Notes under the pieces: generated by a model
Databases searched by the model: none
Told to the model about the DNA's origin: nothing
Seen by the model: only the letters and a program-made list of their open reading frames with translations
Assembly (NCBI GenBank): GCA_964016885.1
Contig: OZ024742.1
Location: 227,850,001-227,914,000, forward strand
From: Eledone cirrhosa
Lineage: Eukaryota
Reading direction: 5' to 3'
DNA: 64,000 nucleotides
Made by a program: the position numbers and the translations under genes
Shown: positions 11,495 to 22,504 of the stretch, in pieces
Layout: every line of letters begins with the position of its first letter
Numbering within the stretch: the stretch's first letter is position 1

Positions 11495-14400
11495 GGTAGG
11501 AACTGAGGGTCGCATGGTAAATATCCAAGTTAATACTACATCAGTAAAATTAACAATAATAACGTCATGAAAAAAGCTACTAAGAGAAACCCTCGAAAAT
11601 TTATCGCTAATACAGCAGGGAAAATTTAACGCTAATACAGCAGGGAACATCATAATATTAACGACATGAAAAAGCTACTAAGAGAAACCCTCGAAAATTT
11701 ATCGCTAATACAGCAGGGAAAATTTAACGCTAATACAGCAGGGAACATCATAATATTAACGACAATATGTAGGCTAAAATACCTTCGTAGATTAGGTGGA
11801 TGGCTGGCTGGGAAAATTTGAATCAGCTCAGTGGTACATTTTAGCAGAGAAGAATGGCAAAGTGTCTTATCTCTTCAATATTTTCAGATTGAATGAATTA
11901 GGTTAAAGACAGGGTAGTAAGCCTTAAAGAAGTGCATAGAGGGGGGGGGGGGGGGTAGGAACTGAGGGTCGCATGGTAAATAACTGAGAGAGATACAATA
12001 GGATTAGAATACCGCATGGTAAATATCCAAGTTAATAAGTTAATACTACATCAGTAAAATTAACAATAATAACGTCATGAAAAAAGCTACTAAGAGAAAC
12101 CCTCGAAAATTTATCGCTAATACAGCAGGGAAAATTTAACGCTAATACAGCAGGGAACATCATAATATTAACGACATGAAAAAGCTACTAAGAGAAACCC
12201 TCGAAAATTTATCGCTAATACAGCAGGGAAAATTTAACGCTAATACAGCAGGGAACATCATAATATTAACGACAATATGTAGGCTAAAATACCTTCGTAG
12301 ATTAGGTGGATGGCTGGCTGGGAAAATTTGAATCAGCTCAGTGGTACATTTTAGCAGAGAAGAATGGCAAAGTGTCTTATCTCTTCAATATTTTCAGATT
12401 GAATGAATTAGGTTAAAGACAGGGTAGTAAGCCTTAAAGAAGTGCATAGAGGGGGGGGGGGGTAGGAACTGAGGGTCGCATGGTAAATAACTGAGAGAGA
12501 TACAATAGGATTAGAATACCGCATGGTAAATATCCAAGTTAATAAGTTAATACTACATCAGTAAAATTAACAATAATAACGTCATGAAAAAAGCTACTAA
12601 GAGAAACCCTCGAAAATTTATCGCTAATACAGCAGGGAAAATTTAACGCTAATACAGCAGGGAACATCATAATATTAACGACATGAAAAAGCTACTAAGA
12701 GAAACCCTCGAAAATTTATCGCTAATACAGCAGGGAAAATTTAACGCTAATACAGCAGGGAACATCATAATATTAACGACAATATGTAGGCTAAAATACC
12801 TTCGTAGATTAGGTGGATGGCTGGCTGGGAAAATTTGAATCAGCTCAGTGGTACATTTTAGCAGAGAAGAATGGCAAAGTGTCTTATCTCTTCAATATTT
12901 TCAGATTGAATGAATTAGGTTAAAGACAGGGTAGTAAGCCTTAAAGAAGTGCATAGAGGGGGGGGGGGGGGGGGTAGGAACTGAGGGTCGCATGGTAAAT
13001 AACTGAGAGAGATACAATAGGATTAGAATACCGCATGGTAAATATCCAAGTTAATAAGTTAATACTACATCAGTAAAATTAACAATAATAACGTCATGAA
13101 AAAAGCTACTAAGAGAAACCCTCGAAAATTTATCGCTAATACAGCAGGGAAAATTTAACGCTAATACAGCAGGGAACATCATAATATTAACGACATGAAA
13201 AAGCTACTAAGAGAAACCCTCGAAAATTTATCGCTAATACAGCAGGGAAAATTTAACGCTAATACAGCAGGGAACATCATAATATTAACGACATGAAAAA
13301 GCTACTAAGAGAAACCCTCGAAAATTTATCGCTAATACAGCAGGGAAAATTTAACGCTAATACAGCAGGGAACATCATAATATTAACGACAATATGTAGG
13401 CTAAAATACCTTCGTAGATTAGGTGGATGGCTGGCTGGGAAAATTTGAATCAGCTCAGTGGTACATTTTAGCAGAGAAGAATGGCAAAGTGTCTTATCTC
13501 TTCAATATTTTCAGATTGAATGAATTAGGTTAAAGACAGGGTAGTAAGCCTTAAAGAAGTGCATAGAGGGGGGGGGGGGTAGGAACTGAGGGTCGCATGG
13601 TAAATAACTGAGAGAGATACAATAGGATTAGAATACCGCATGGTAAATATCCAAGTTAATAAGTTAATACTACATCAGTAAAATTAACAATAATAACGTC
13701 ATGAAAAAAGCTACTAAGAGAAACCCTCGAAAATTTATCGCTAATACAGCAGGGAAAATTTAACGCTAATACAGCAGGGAACATCATAATATTAACGACA
13801 TGAAAAAGCTACTAAGAGAAACCCTCGAAAATTTATCGCTAATACAGCAGGGAAAATTTAACGCTAATACAGCAGGGAACATCATAATATTAACGACATG
13901 AAAAAGCTACTAAGAGAAACCCTCGAAAATTTATCGCTATTACAGCAGGGAAAATTTAACGCTAATACAGCAGGGAACATCATAATATTAACGACAATAT
14001 GTAGGCTAAAATACCTTCGTAGATTAGGTGGATGGCTGGCTGGGAAAATTTGAATCAGCTCAGTGGTACATTTTAGCAGAGAAGAATGGCAAAGTGTCTT
14101 ATCTCTTCAATATTTTCAGATTGAATGAATTAGGTTAAAGACAGGGTAGTAAGCCTTAAAGAAGTGCATAGAGGGGGGGGGGGGGGGTAGGAACTGAGGG
14201 TCGCATGGTAAATAACTGAGAGAGATACAATAGGATTAGAATACCGCATGGTAAATATCCAAGTTAATAAGTTAATACTACATCAGTAAAATTAACAATA
14301 ATAACGTCATGAAAAAAGCTACTAAGAGAAACCCTCGAAAATTTATCGCTAATACAGCAGGGAAAATTTAACGCTAATACAGCAGGGAACATCATAATAT

Positions 14401-14731
14401 TAACGACATGAAAAAGCTACTAAGAGAAACCCTCGAAAATTTATCGCTAATACAGCAGGGAAAATTTAACGCTAATACAGCAGGGAACATCATAATATTA
14501 ACGACATGAAAAAGCTACTAAGAGAAACCCTCGAAAATTTATCGCTAATACAGCAGGGAAAATTTAACGCTAATACAGCAGGGAACATCATAATATTAAC
14601 GACAATATGTAGGCTAAAATACCTTCGTAGATTAGGTGGATGGCTGGCTGGGAAAATTTGAATCAGCTCAGTGGTACATTTTAGCAGAGAAGAATGGCAA
14701 AGTGTCTTATCTCTTCAATATTTTCAGATTG
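11495..14731. repeat. Hierarchical tandem array: six units of about 460-610 bp, each with 2-3 copies of a 98-bp subunit that itself contains a 25-bp duplication
   Basis: Units are separated by variable G-runs ending near 11955, 12462, 12974, 13579 and 14187. The subunit catgaaaaagctactaagag...attaacga occurs twice in units 1-3 and three times in units 4-6. Copies are almost identical. Confidence 0.95.
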
Positions 14732-14780
14732 TAAATTATATTCTGAAACCAGTAAAAGAATCAAAGAATAAGTGACATAC

Positions 14781-14960
14781 TTTTGGTTTCCATCTATATA
14801 GATTCTGAAATTGGTAAAATGTTCTGGACTGAAAACATGGATGACTGTTTTCGAAATAATTTCTTGTATTTTTTGGAAATAGGTGTCAAAATTCCATGTC
14901 TTCTCGGAGTCCCGCTCAAGTAAACCAGCAAGAAAAGGTAATAAAAAGTTCTTTAGACCT
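14781..14960 (-). CDS. TBK1: TBK1 coding exon 8 (GLKNFLLPFLAGLLERDSEKTWNFDTYFQKIQEIISKTVIHVFSPEHFTNFRIYIDGNQ), end of kinase domain and start of ubiquitin-like domain
   Basis: Matches TBK1 GLQVLLTPVLANILE..WGFDQFF..VIHVFS. Polypyrimidine tract plus tatag| acceptor, |gtatgt donor. 180 nt, phase 2/2. Confidence 0.92.
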
Positions 14961-15024
14961 CTATAACGAAAGAAAAAAAAGAAAGAAAAAATTATACATA
15001 TATGGATTATATAGTGAATGAAAG

Positions 15025-15240
15025 TGCGGTGGATCGGCAGTATCAGTAGATAGTTAGACAACATGCTTTGTGACGTATAGTTACATCCCTTTACGTTCTG
15101 AGTTCAAATCCTGCCGAGGTTAACTTTGCCTTTCCTACTTATGGGGTCGATAAGGTAAAATACCAGTAACACACTAGGGTTGATTTAATCGATTTTATCC
15201 CCCACCCCCAAAAAATTGTTTTCCTTGTGCCTAAATCAGA
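15025..15240 (+). mobile_element. tRNA-derived SINE with Nin/Deu-like central domain
   Basis: gagttcaaatcctgccgaggttaactttgcctttcc...ggggtcgataa...taccagt. Further copies at about 35848-36035 (+), 38007-38225 (+), 46682-47125 (-) and 53620-53714 (-). Confidence 0.75.
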
Positions 15241-15284
15241 AACCATTATATTGTTTTCCTTGTGCCTAAATCAGAAACAATTAT

Positions 15285-16900
15285 ATAGTGAAGGAGGTTG
15301 TTCCGAAAGCATAGAAGCTAGAATAAAAACAAGCTGGAAAAAGTTCAGAGAGCTACTACTTCTGTTGACAACAAAGGGATTTTCTTTACGACAAAAGGGT
15401 AAATTGTATGATACCTGCATAAGAGGAGCAATGTTGCATGGCAGTGAGACATGGGCAGTAAATGTAGAGGGCATATGAAGGCTGGAGAGAAATGAAGCCA
15501 GCATGTTCCATTTGATGTGTAATGTTAGTATGTATGAACAACAGAGCATGGATGAATTGAAAGAAAAGCTAGGTATAAGAGGAATCAGATGTATGTAGTA
15601 GCTACCTACACTTTTTCCAACCTTATTCTAGCTACTATGCTTTCAGAACAACCACCTCTACTGCTAATTAGATTGTCTAAGTAAGAGAAACTATCAACTA
15701 CTTCTATGGTACTCTCTTGAAGCTAGAAAAGGTTTATTTCACTGCTGCTGTTACTGCCCACTACACCACATGAAAAGTCTATCTTTTCTGTTAGTCTGCC
15801 TACAACTCTATTATTTGTATACCCATACCTTACATTCTGTACATCATATAAAGTTCTTTACCTATACCTTTTCTACATATAGATGAAATCAGTATCTTGT
15901 CCTCTCTCCTACTTACTACAACTTGAGTTTTTTACCAAGTTTACTTTAAGCCCTTTCGATTCTAAGTTCTGTTTCCACAACAAGGATTTCTTCTTTAGCT
16001 CTTCCACAGATTCGGCTATAAGAAGCAGATGGTTATCAACATACAGAAGTTCCAATGAACAACCAATTTTAAATTCCACTGTTATAGCCTGGAGAACTAC
16101 AATAAACAAGAGGGGTTGAGGACTGAGCCTTGATGAACATCAAGCAGCACATTGAATTCCCCACTTAACTCATTACGTACTCTCACTTTACTGACAGCAC
16201 CTCTATACATAGTTTGCACTGCTCTCATGAGTCACTCATCTACATCTAGTTTCTTTAAGGACATTTTGTCCAGCTTCTCTTTTAACTATTTGGTATTGCT
16301 CTTTGCTACCCCCATTTTTCAAGTCTTTCCATGCCTCCCTGTTGCTCGAACATCAGTACCGTTCCACCAAGACATTTTTTGTCTTGCTAGTAACTTGCTC
16401 CATCGACAGTTCTCTTCAATAGCCTGAAGAATAAGAATGTCCCACAGACATTTCCAATTGTCTTCTATGTCATACATATTTATCTCTTCCCCTCAGAGAG
16501 GTCCTTTAGGTTCCATACAGTCCTTCTCTAGTAATTCTGATTCTGTTTGATTCTTATTTTGATGTGACTAATAACTAATTTGTGTTGGATGGTGCATGCT
16601 TCTTGGAAAAAAAGACTTCTAACAAGCACGAAGACAATCTGGCATGCATTCTTGCCTGATTGGTAGGTGACCAAATGGCTGGCTGGTTTCCTGTTGCAAA
16701 TAATTAGGTTATTTGTATCACTGAAATATAGGAGCTTTGATCATCCCTCTTCATTTCTTGAGCCATATCAAGTCACCATGTACTCCAAAATAGCCATCCT
16801 GGTGTTGACCAACATGATTATTGAAGTCACCCACCAGAATGATGATGTTTCTGTCATATGTTATTGAAGTCATCTGTACTTACAACAATAATAACAAGCA
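15285..16900. mobile_element. Degenerate RTE LINE fragments: plus strand about 15285-15595, minus strand about 15600-16900
   Basis: GGCSESIEARIKTSWKKFRELL on plus. FIVVLQAITVEFKIGCSLELLY on minus, with many indels. Confidence 0.75.
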
Positions 16901-17190
16901 TCCTAAGATCATTTTCCCTGCTAAAGCAACCCCATGATAAGTTTCATAATAGTCATGGAGGCCCCTTCTTACTTGATGATGATCACAAGTTGTATGGGTA
17001 TGGGGTACTTTTTAGTCTTGTGGAAGGTATGACCTATCTAGTGCTGGTGCCATAATAAAATGCACCCAGTACACACTATAAAGTGATTAGTGTTAAGAAG
17101 AGCCTCTAACCAGGAGAGAGAGAGTGTGTGTGTGTAAGTAAGACACATTAGGAAGGTTGGTTTCAAATAAGAATAAAGAGATGAACTTAC

Positions 17191-17301
17191 TGGGAAAGTA
17201 AACAAGTGTTTGGAAAATCTTCACTCCATTCAATTTCTCCTCCATAACTTTTTTGTATACCAGAGAGAACACCACTTTTTTTATCAACAAGTATCTTGTG
17301 C
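17191..17301 (-). CDS. TBK1: TBK1 coding exon 7 (HKILVDKKSGVLSGIQKSYGGEIEWSEDFPNTCLLS)
   Basis: Matches TBK1 KIITGKPSGAISGVQK..GPIDWS. tgtttag| acceptor, |gtaagt donor. 111 nt, phase 2/2. Confidence 0.9.
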
Positions 17302-17472
17302 CTAAACAAAAAAATATATATAGATGGTATTTTTAACATCAAAAGGATAAATAAAATTATGTTGGAAGATTTTAATTTAAATAGGAACCCTCTAAATGGA
17401 TGGTTTCGTTCCCTAGAACCAAAGGCGGTTTGAGGTAAGTTGGTATCAAAATGGTTAATTAATAAGTCCTAC

Positions 17473-17630
17473 ATTGTTGTGCGGTTCTTCCTTCCGCCAT
17501 AAGGTTGGAAAGGTAAATGTCCAGTAGCGACCTGGTATATAGTAACAGCTAAACTCCACAGATCAACAGCAGCATCAAACTTCCGCCCCATCGATTTCTT
17601 CATGACTGCAACATCATATAAGTCTGGATG
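17473..17630 (-). CDS. TBK1: TBK1 coding exon 6 (HPDLYDVAVMKKSMGRKFDAAVDLWSLAVTIYQVATGHLPFQPYGGRKNRTT)
   Basis: VDLWS...ATGHLPF, kinase subdomain IX. tttacag| acceptor, |gtagga donor. 158 nt, phase 0/2. Confidence 0.93.
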
Positions 17631-18443
17631 CTGTAAAGAAAGAAGGGAAACTTTTAAAGAAATTTCATCATAAAACTTGGGAAGAGATATGAAAGGGAGG
17701 TTGGATTACCAACCCATACAAGTATGGAGAAACAAACAATGATACAAGCCTTCATCATTTAACTCTTTTGTAACCATATTTCTATTGAAAAACATTGCCC
17801 ATGGTTTTCAAATATTCAAAATTTTGAAAATAATTAAAAATTTGGAATTTAGTAATTTAACTAACTTTCTTATTAATAAGTTGATGTTTGGAACATGATT
17901 TAACAAAGGTTCTTATGTAAAATTATGATTGGTGGTTTTTAGATAAATATCAACAGGGTTGGGAAGACCCTACAGCTGTGTCAAATACATAACAACTTCC
18001 CTAGTTCTAGTGTCATGATAAAATGCACTCAGTAGAGTGCAGGATTGGTTGTAAACGAGATGCAGGCCCCCAGGCCATTGAGAGGTCAGTTGACCCATCC
18101 AACCCTTACTAGCAGGAAAATAGATGTTAAATGATGATGATAAACACTTTAAAATAAAAAAACTTTGTATCATAAAAATAGGCAGTTTTAGGTGGTTCAG
18201 TGTCACTAGGAAATGTACCCTGCACACTCTGTCAGGTGATAATGCTGGTGTCATAAAATGTACCCAGTATACTTTGTAAAGTTGCAGTGTTGGTGTCACA
18301 AGAAAATGCACCCAGTACACTGTAAAGTGGTTGGCATTAGGAAGGACATATAGCCATAGAAACCATGCTAAAATGAAATGTGTGAGCAAGATGTGAAATT
18401 TCCGAGCTGTCTAGTTTCAGGAATAGCAAAATTAATTACTCAC

Positions 18444-18534
18444 TAGATATTCTTCAGTTCCATACAAAGACATAAATTCTTGTGTATCATCGAGAGCACG
18501 AGCTGCACCAAAGTCTGTCAGTTTATATACATAA
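18444..18534 (-). CDS. TBK1: TBK1 coding exon 5 ([30 protein letters not shown])
   Basis: DFG motif and activation loop [11 protein letters not shown], equivalent to the TBK1 Ser172 region. ttgcag| acceptor, |gtgagt donor. 91 nt, phase 2/0. Confidence 0.95.
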
Positions 18535-19261
18535 CTGCAACATAGAAAATCAAAATTCATTTTCAAGTCAAAAACTTACAAGCATAATGTTTCCTTCAGT
18601 TTTTTAACTCTTTTGTTACCATATTTCTAATCAAAGATACTGCCTATGATTTTTCAAATATTCAAGAATTTGGAGGGTTCAGTAATATAACTAACTTTCT
18701 TATTAAGCTGGTGTTTAGAACACAACTTAACAAAGGTTCTTACATAAAATTATGATGGAAGGCTTTTAGATAAATGTAAACACTAACCTTTCGTTATCCT
18801 ATTTCTAATGAAAGGTATTATGATTTTCAAATAATTTTGAAATGAAAGTAATCAAGAATTTCAAGGGATTTAGTAATATAATTAACTTTATCGTTATCAA
18901 GGTGGTGTTTGGAACACAACAAGGGCTCTTAGCAAATATAAGGAAAAAGGGTTGAGAGGACCCATCAACCACGGCACAACAACTCCTCTAGAGCTAGGAC
19001 TATGAAAAGTGCACCTAGTATACCCTGTAAAGTGGTTGGTGATGTGATAACCTCCCTAGTGCTACACCCAGTACAGTCTGTAAAGTGCAGGAATATATGT
19101 AAGCGAGATGTGAGCTCCTAGACCATCTGAGAGGTTCAGTCATGACAATTATAAATACTTTAACATAAAAAGCTATGTACAATTGACACAAGAGTGGTTT
19201 CAGACAATAACAAAGATGTGAAAATCAAAGTTCAATAATAAAGGTCATAGTGGGAACTTAC

Positions 19262-19352
19262 CGGCCACTTTCTGCTTTGTAGCAGAGAATGTTTCCTGGT
19301 TTGATGTCTCTGTGAACTATTTGGTGCTCCCGTAAATGTTTCATACCTGCAG
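19262..19352 (-). CDS. TBK1: TBK1 coding exon 4 (TAGMKHLREHQIVHRDIKPGNILCYKAESGR)
   Basis: Catalytic loop HRDIKPGN. cctcag| acceptor, |gtaagt donor. 91 nt, phase 1/2. Confidence 0.93.
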
Positions 19353-19363
19353 CTGAGGATATA

Positions 19364-19416
<53 letters not shown>

Positions 19417-19422
<6 letters not shown>

Positions 19423-21510
19423 ATACTTTGGGAGGGTCATGTTGCCAATAAGAAACACACGCACCAGTTGCTTTCACTTCAATTTATTATATATTTATAA
19501 ATTTATAAATTTACAAATCTACAAATTTATAAATTTCTGGTTGGTTGGTTGGTTCCACAACCAGATAGTTGTTTATATATAGTCATAGTCCTTTCGTCAC
19601 ACACTCTGTGACCTCTTCAGTGACTGGGGATTCCTTTCTTTGTTTCTGTGCCTTTCCTTTCTTCTGTCCTACGCCATTTTGTTTCTGTGTGTGTGTTGTG
19701 TGCTCAGTTTGCGCATGCGCCACATCCGGGTGTCTGTGTGTGTTTGTGTTCATTTATCTATTTGTTTATTTATTTACATGTTATTGGTTGATTGTTTGTT
19801 CTATGTGTGTGTGTGTGTTTTCATTTTGTCCTTAATTGTAAGTTGTGATGTTGCTGTTCCACTCATATTTTCTATTTAATTTTGGTTGTAATTCTTTTAT
19901 GTTTATTGCCTCTGTAATTTGTCTAAACATTGCATCTTTTCTGTGTGTAGATTCTATTTTTATTTCTATGTTCTCTAATTTACCCTTGTGTTCTATCTTA
20001 GCATGTTGGTAGAGTACGGATGATTCTTTATTATCTTGAAGGTCTCGCCAGTGTTCATTTATCCGTTCCCCTATACTACGAGCTGTCTCACCTATGTACA
20101 CTATATTTTTGTTTCTACATTGTCCTTCAGTACATCTTATGCTATACACTACATTTCTAGTTTTACAGTTAATATGGGGGCTTATTTTACAGGTTATACA
20201 TTTCTTATCTATACATAAGGGTCTTTGGAACGGGTATGTCTTGCTAATAAGTGTTTTTACGGAGGTACCTGGTCTTTCTACTATCTTAATATTGAGTTTA
20301 TGTTTATTTAGGGCCCTTCTAAATTTGTAGGCTAGTTCGCCTCTAGGGGTTGTATCGATGAACATTACTCTGGTATTTATTGCTATCATACCATGAGTTT
20401 ATTCTATTGGCCTTGTTCCTAGTTCTTTCTATTCTATTCCAAAATGTGCTCCTATACAAGGGGCAGGTCCCATTTATGTCATTATTTACCATTTTTTCCC
20501 ATTTGGTTCTGGCTCCTCTATACACTCTGATTCTATCTCTCTGATTGTAGCCAGAGAACTGCATACGGTGGATGAAGTGTTGTATGTGTCTCTCTAGTTC
20601 TTCGGGGTTGCACATGCGGGACACATTTCTCATCACCCGTACCAAATCCGCAATCAGTATGTTGATTTTGGTATGGTCCGAAATGGCCGAGTTTCGGTGG
20701 ATCAGATGTTTGGAAGTCATGGGTTTGGCATAATGGGAATGGAGGATTTGTTTTTGGTTGTTAATGGTATCTAACCAGAGCTCTGTGTCTAGTACAGGTA
20801 ATCGATGGTTGGGGTGTCTACTTGGGTAGTCTATAGTAACTCTAATGCTCTGGTGGATGGAGTTTGCTATTTGCTGGATGCTTTCCATTGTGTTTTTCTC
20901 TAGTTCCTGACTGTTCTCTAGTGAGGGTGTCTTAACTACGATGTTTATATCATCTACGTAGCGGGAGTACATTATCAGGGTTAAGCTGTCTTCTAATTGT
21001 TCTTTAAGTTTAAATTTAAGTCTACTGTCCCACCATACCATGAATAAGTTAGCTATGTCGCCTGCAATGCTAACACCAATGGCTGCTCCTTCCTCTTGGG
21101 CATATGTTTTTCCATTAAATTTGAACATATGTTCCTTAAGGGTTAATTTTATGCTGGCCCCTACCGCATGCGCAATCATTTTCTTCAGTTCATCGTGGTT
21201 TTCGGGTGTCCGTATGGCTCTGGTCTACCCGTTCCATCTATCTGTGTGGGTTTTCTTGGCCATTGAGGTAATGGTAGGTGGTCTGCCTCTTGCTGGTCTT
21301 GTAGGGCACAGGTTGCTAAGGTCATATGTGTCTAGGTAACTATTATTATGGGTAAGTTTAAGTAGAAGTCCCAGCTCACTGGTATCAATCCCACGGAACT
21401 CAACCTTGCTCTCGCTGATCATTTCTACGCATTTCTCCACAGCAAAATCCACGTCAATAGATGGATACAGGGACACAACATCCATACTGCCTATTATGAA
21501 GTTTGTTAGG
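19417..21510 (-). mobile_element. Penelope-like element (Neptune-like), 5'-truncated: RT, Cys-rich linker, GIY-YIG endonuclease and 3' pLTR
   Basis: SMDVVSLYPSI, GAAIG and YSRYVDD (RT). CITC..CKTRNVVYSIRC..YIGETAR (GIY-YIG). One stop at 21225 and one frameshift near 20365. Ends in (TA)n. Confidence 0.92.
19581..19625 (-). ncRNA. Minimal type I hammerhead ribozyme in the PLE pLTR (intact core)
   Basis: agtca-CTGAAGA-g-gtcaca(gagtg)tgtgac-GAAA-ggac-TA-tgact: 5-bp stem I, 6-bp stem II, minimal stem III. Confidence 0.7.
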
Positions 21511-21546
21511 AATAGAATAGAATAGAATAGAATAGAATAGAAATTA

Positions 21547-22504
21547 TGGAATAGAATAGAAAGAACTAGGAACAAGGCCAATAGAATAAACTCATGGTAT
21601 GATAGCAATAAATACCAGAGTGTAATGTTCATCGATACAACCCCTAGAGGCGAACTAGCCTACAAATTTAGAAGGGCCGTAAATAAACATAAACTCAATA
21701 TTAAGATAGTAGAAAGACCAGGTACCTCCGTAAAAACACTTATTAGCAAGACATACCCGTTCCAAAGACCCTCATGTATAGATAAGAAATGTATAACCTG
21801 TAAAATAAGCCCCCATATTAACTGTAAAACTAGAAATGTAGTGTATAGCATAAGATGTACTGAAGGACAATGTAGAAACAAAAATATAGTGTACATAGGT
21901 GAGACAGCTCGTAGTATAGGGGAACGGATAAATGAACACTGGCGAGACCTTCAAGATAATAAAGAATCATCCGTACTCTACCAACATGCTAAGATAGAAC
22001 ACAAGGGTAAATTAGAGAACATAGAAATAAAAATAGAATCTACACACAGAAAAGATGCAATGTTTAGACAAATTACAGAGGCAATAAACATAAAAGAATT
22101 ACAACCAAAATTAAATAGAAAATATGAGTGGAACAGCAACATCACAACTTACAATTAAGGACAAAATGAAAACACACACACACACATAGAACAAACAATC
22201 AACCAATAACATGTAAATAAATAAACAAATAGATAAATGAACACAAACACACACAGACACCCGGATGTGGCGCATGCGCAAACTGAGCACACAACACACA
22301 CACAGAAACAAAATGGCGTAGGACAGAAGAAAGGAAAGGCACAGAAACAAAGAAAGGAATCCCCAGTCACTGAAGAGGTCACAGAGTGTGTGACAAAAGG
22401 ACTATGACTATATATAAACAACTATCTGGTTGTGGAACCAACCAACCAACCAGAAATTTATAAATTTGTAGATTTGTAAATTTATAAATTTATAAATATA
22501 TAAT
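21547..22504 (+). mobile_element. Inverted copy of the Penelope-like element's 3' end (GIY-YIG and pLTR); its last ~135 bp are displaced to 26575-26710 by an RTE insertion
   Basis: Near-perfect reverse complement of about 19487-20442. ORF 21625-22158 encodes the GIY-YIG domain. Confidence 0.92.
22365..22409 (+). ncRNA. Hammerhead ribozyme copy with core mutation (GAAA to AAAA at 22395), probably inactive
   Basis: Identical to 19581-19625 except for G>A in the conserved GAAA. Confidence 0.6.

Larger units (their letters stand above)
7834..14735 (-). mobile_element. Full-length, apparently intact RTE-clade LINE with a tandem-monomer 5' region
   Basis: Single uninterrupted ORF, 3'UTR with (GAT)n tail at about 7834-7850, candidate 7-bp TSD TTATATT at 7827-7833 and 14736-14742. 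Confidence 0.9.

Noticed and set aside
11495-14731. CRISPR-like array
   Set aside because: Units are fully repeated with no unique spacers, there are no cas genes, and the context is eukaryotic.
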